Shown piece after piece: positions 63,690 through 64,000 of a stretch of DNA of 64,000 bases. The notes under the pieces are model-generated. The model was not told the origin of the DNA and ran no database searches. It saw only the letters and a list, made by a program, of their open reading frames with translations. The first letter of the stretch is position 1. Each line of letters opens with the position of its first letter. The position numbers were made by a program, and so were the translations under genes. Source of the stretch: a bacterium (GTDB taxonomy: Bacteria > Patescibacteriota > Minisyncoccia > UBA6257 > GWB1-50-10); NCBI GenBank assembly GCA_021815205.1, contig JAKAHD010000001.1:89247-153246 (forward strand), given 5' to 3'.

Positions 63690-64000
63690 GATGCGCGTAC
63701 GCGGCGAGAAGCCACGAGCTTGATTGGACCTTTCCGCCTTTCCCCACATTGAAGATTATCTGAATGCCGAGCTTCTTGCATGTCTGTATGTCTTTATAGA
63801 GAGAAGATTTTGGATCGGCGGCATCTTTCTCATCTCTATCACCCCCATTCGCGAAAAGAGTGGGTCGAAGTTTCAGGAGATCCCTGGAGACGCTCATATC
63901 TTTCGGGTTTTTCGAATGGGACGAAATTATCACCTTATCGACACCCCCGATTGCCTCAATGAGTTCCTTTCGTTCCTTGTCGGGCATGAAGATGATTCCC
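63649..64000 (-). CDS. Cytidylyltransferase-family protein, 5'-truncated by window edge
   Basis: ER.ELIEAI..VD.V, FANGGDR, K.QSSS. Confidence 0.8.
   Translation of the reverse strand, partial: GIIFMPDKERKELIEAIGGVDKVIISSHSKNPKDMSVSRDLLKLRPTLFANGGDRDEKDAADPKSSLYKDIQTCKKLGIQIIFNVGKGGKVQSSSWLLAAYAHHANRKNTKIKKRA

Noticed and set aside
1-64000. Alternative genetic code or selenocysteine recoding
   Set aside because: Conserved genes are full length with TGA as stop, and no in-frame TGA is needed.

Overview
GC-moderate bacterial chromosome segment using the standard code (TGA = stop). Gene content (DUF4012, HhH-less UvrC, small secreted hypotheticals, few Shine-Dalgarno sites) suggests Patescibacteria/Parcubacteria (inference, no search run). 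The core genes are a broken dcw cluster (dac, mraY, ftsW, murG, murC), gltX, rpmA, rplI, ctpA, def/fmt, uvrCAB, lepA, rsmI, an M3 peptidase, glycosyltransferases and Nudix genes, plus tRNA-Gln(CTG) and tRNA-Gly(CCC). An accessory block lies downstream of each tRNA. The first (~16.9-28.3 kb) is a CsoR/RcnR-controlled copper-type island with an atypical P1B-ATPase (CPD), CcdA, a CxxxC thioredoxin-fold protein and unknown Cys/His-rich proteins. The second (~42.7-51.2 kb) holds an OmpR/HK regulon plus paralogues of the Cys-rich proteins. The top signal is an intact GxxExxY PD-(D/E)xK nuclease inserted in frame inside the LepA GTPase domain without intein motifs. It is bracketed by inverted short-period repeat arrays and by two related junction hairpins. 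The window is also full of nuclease-less repeat arrays and REP-like palindromes, many inserted in frame in essential proteins or supplying start codons. No CRISPR array, rRNA, integrase or transposase was seen.
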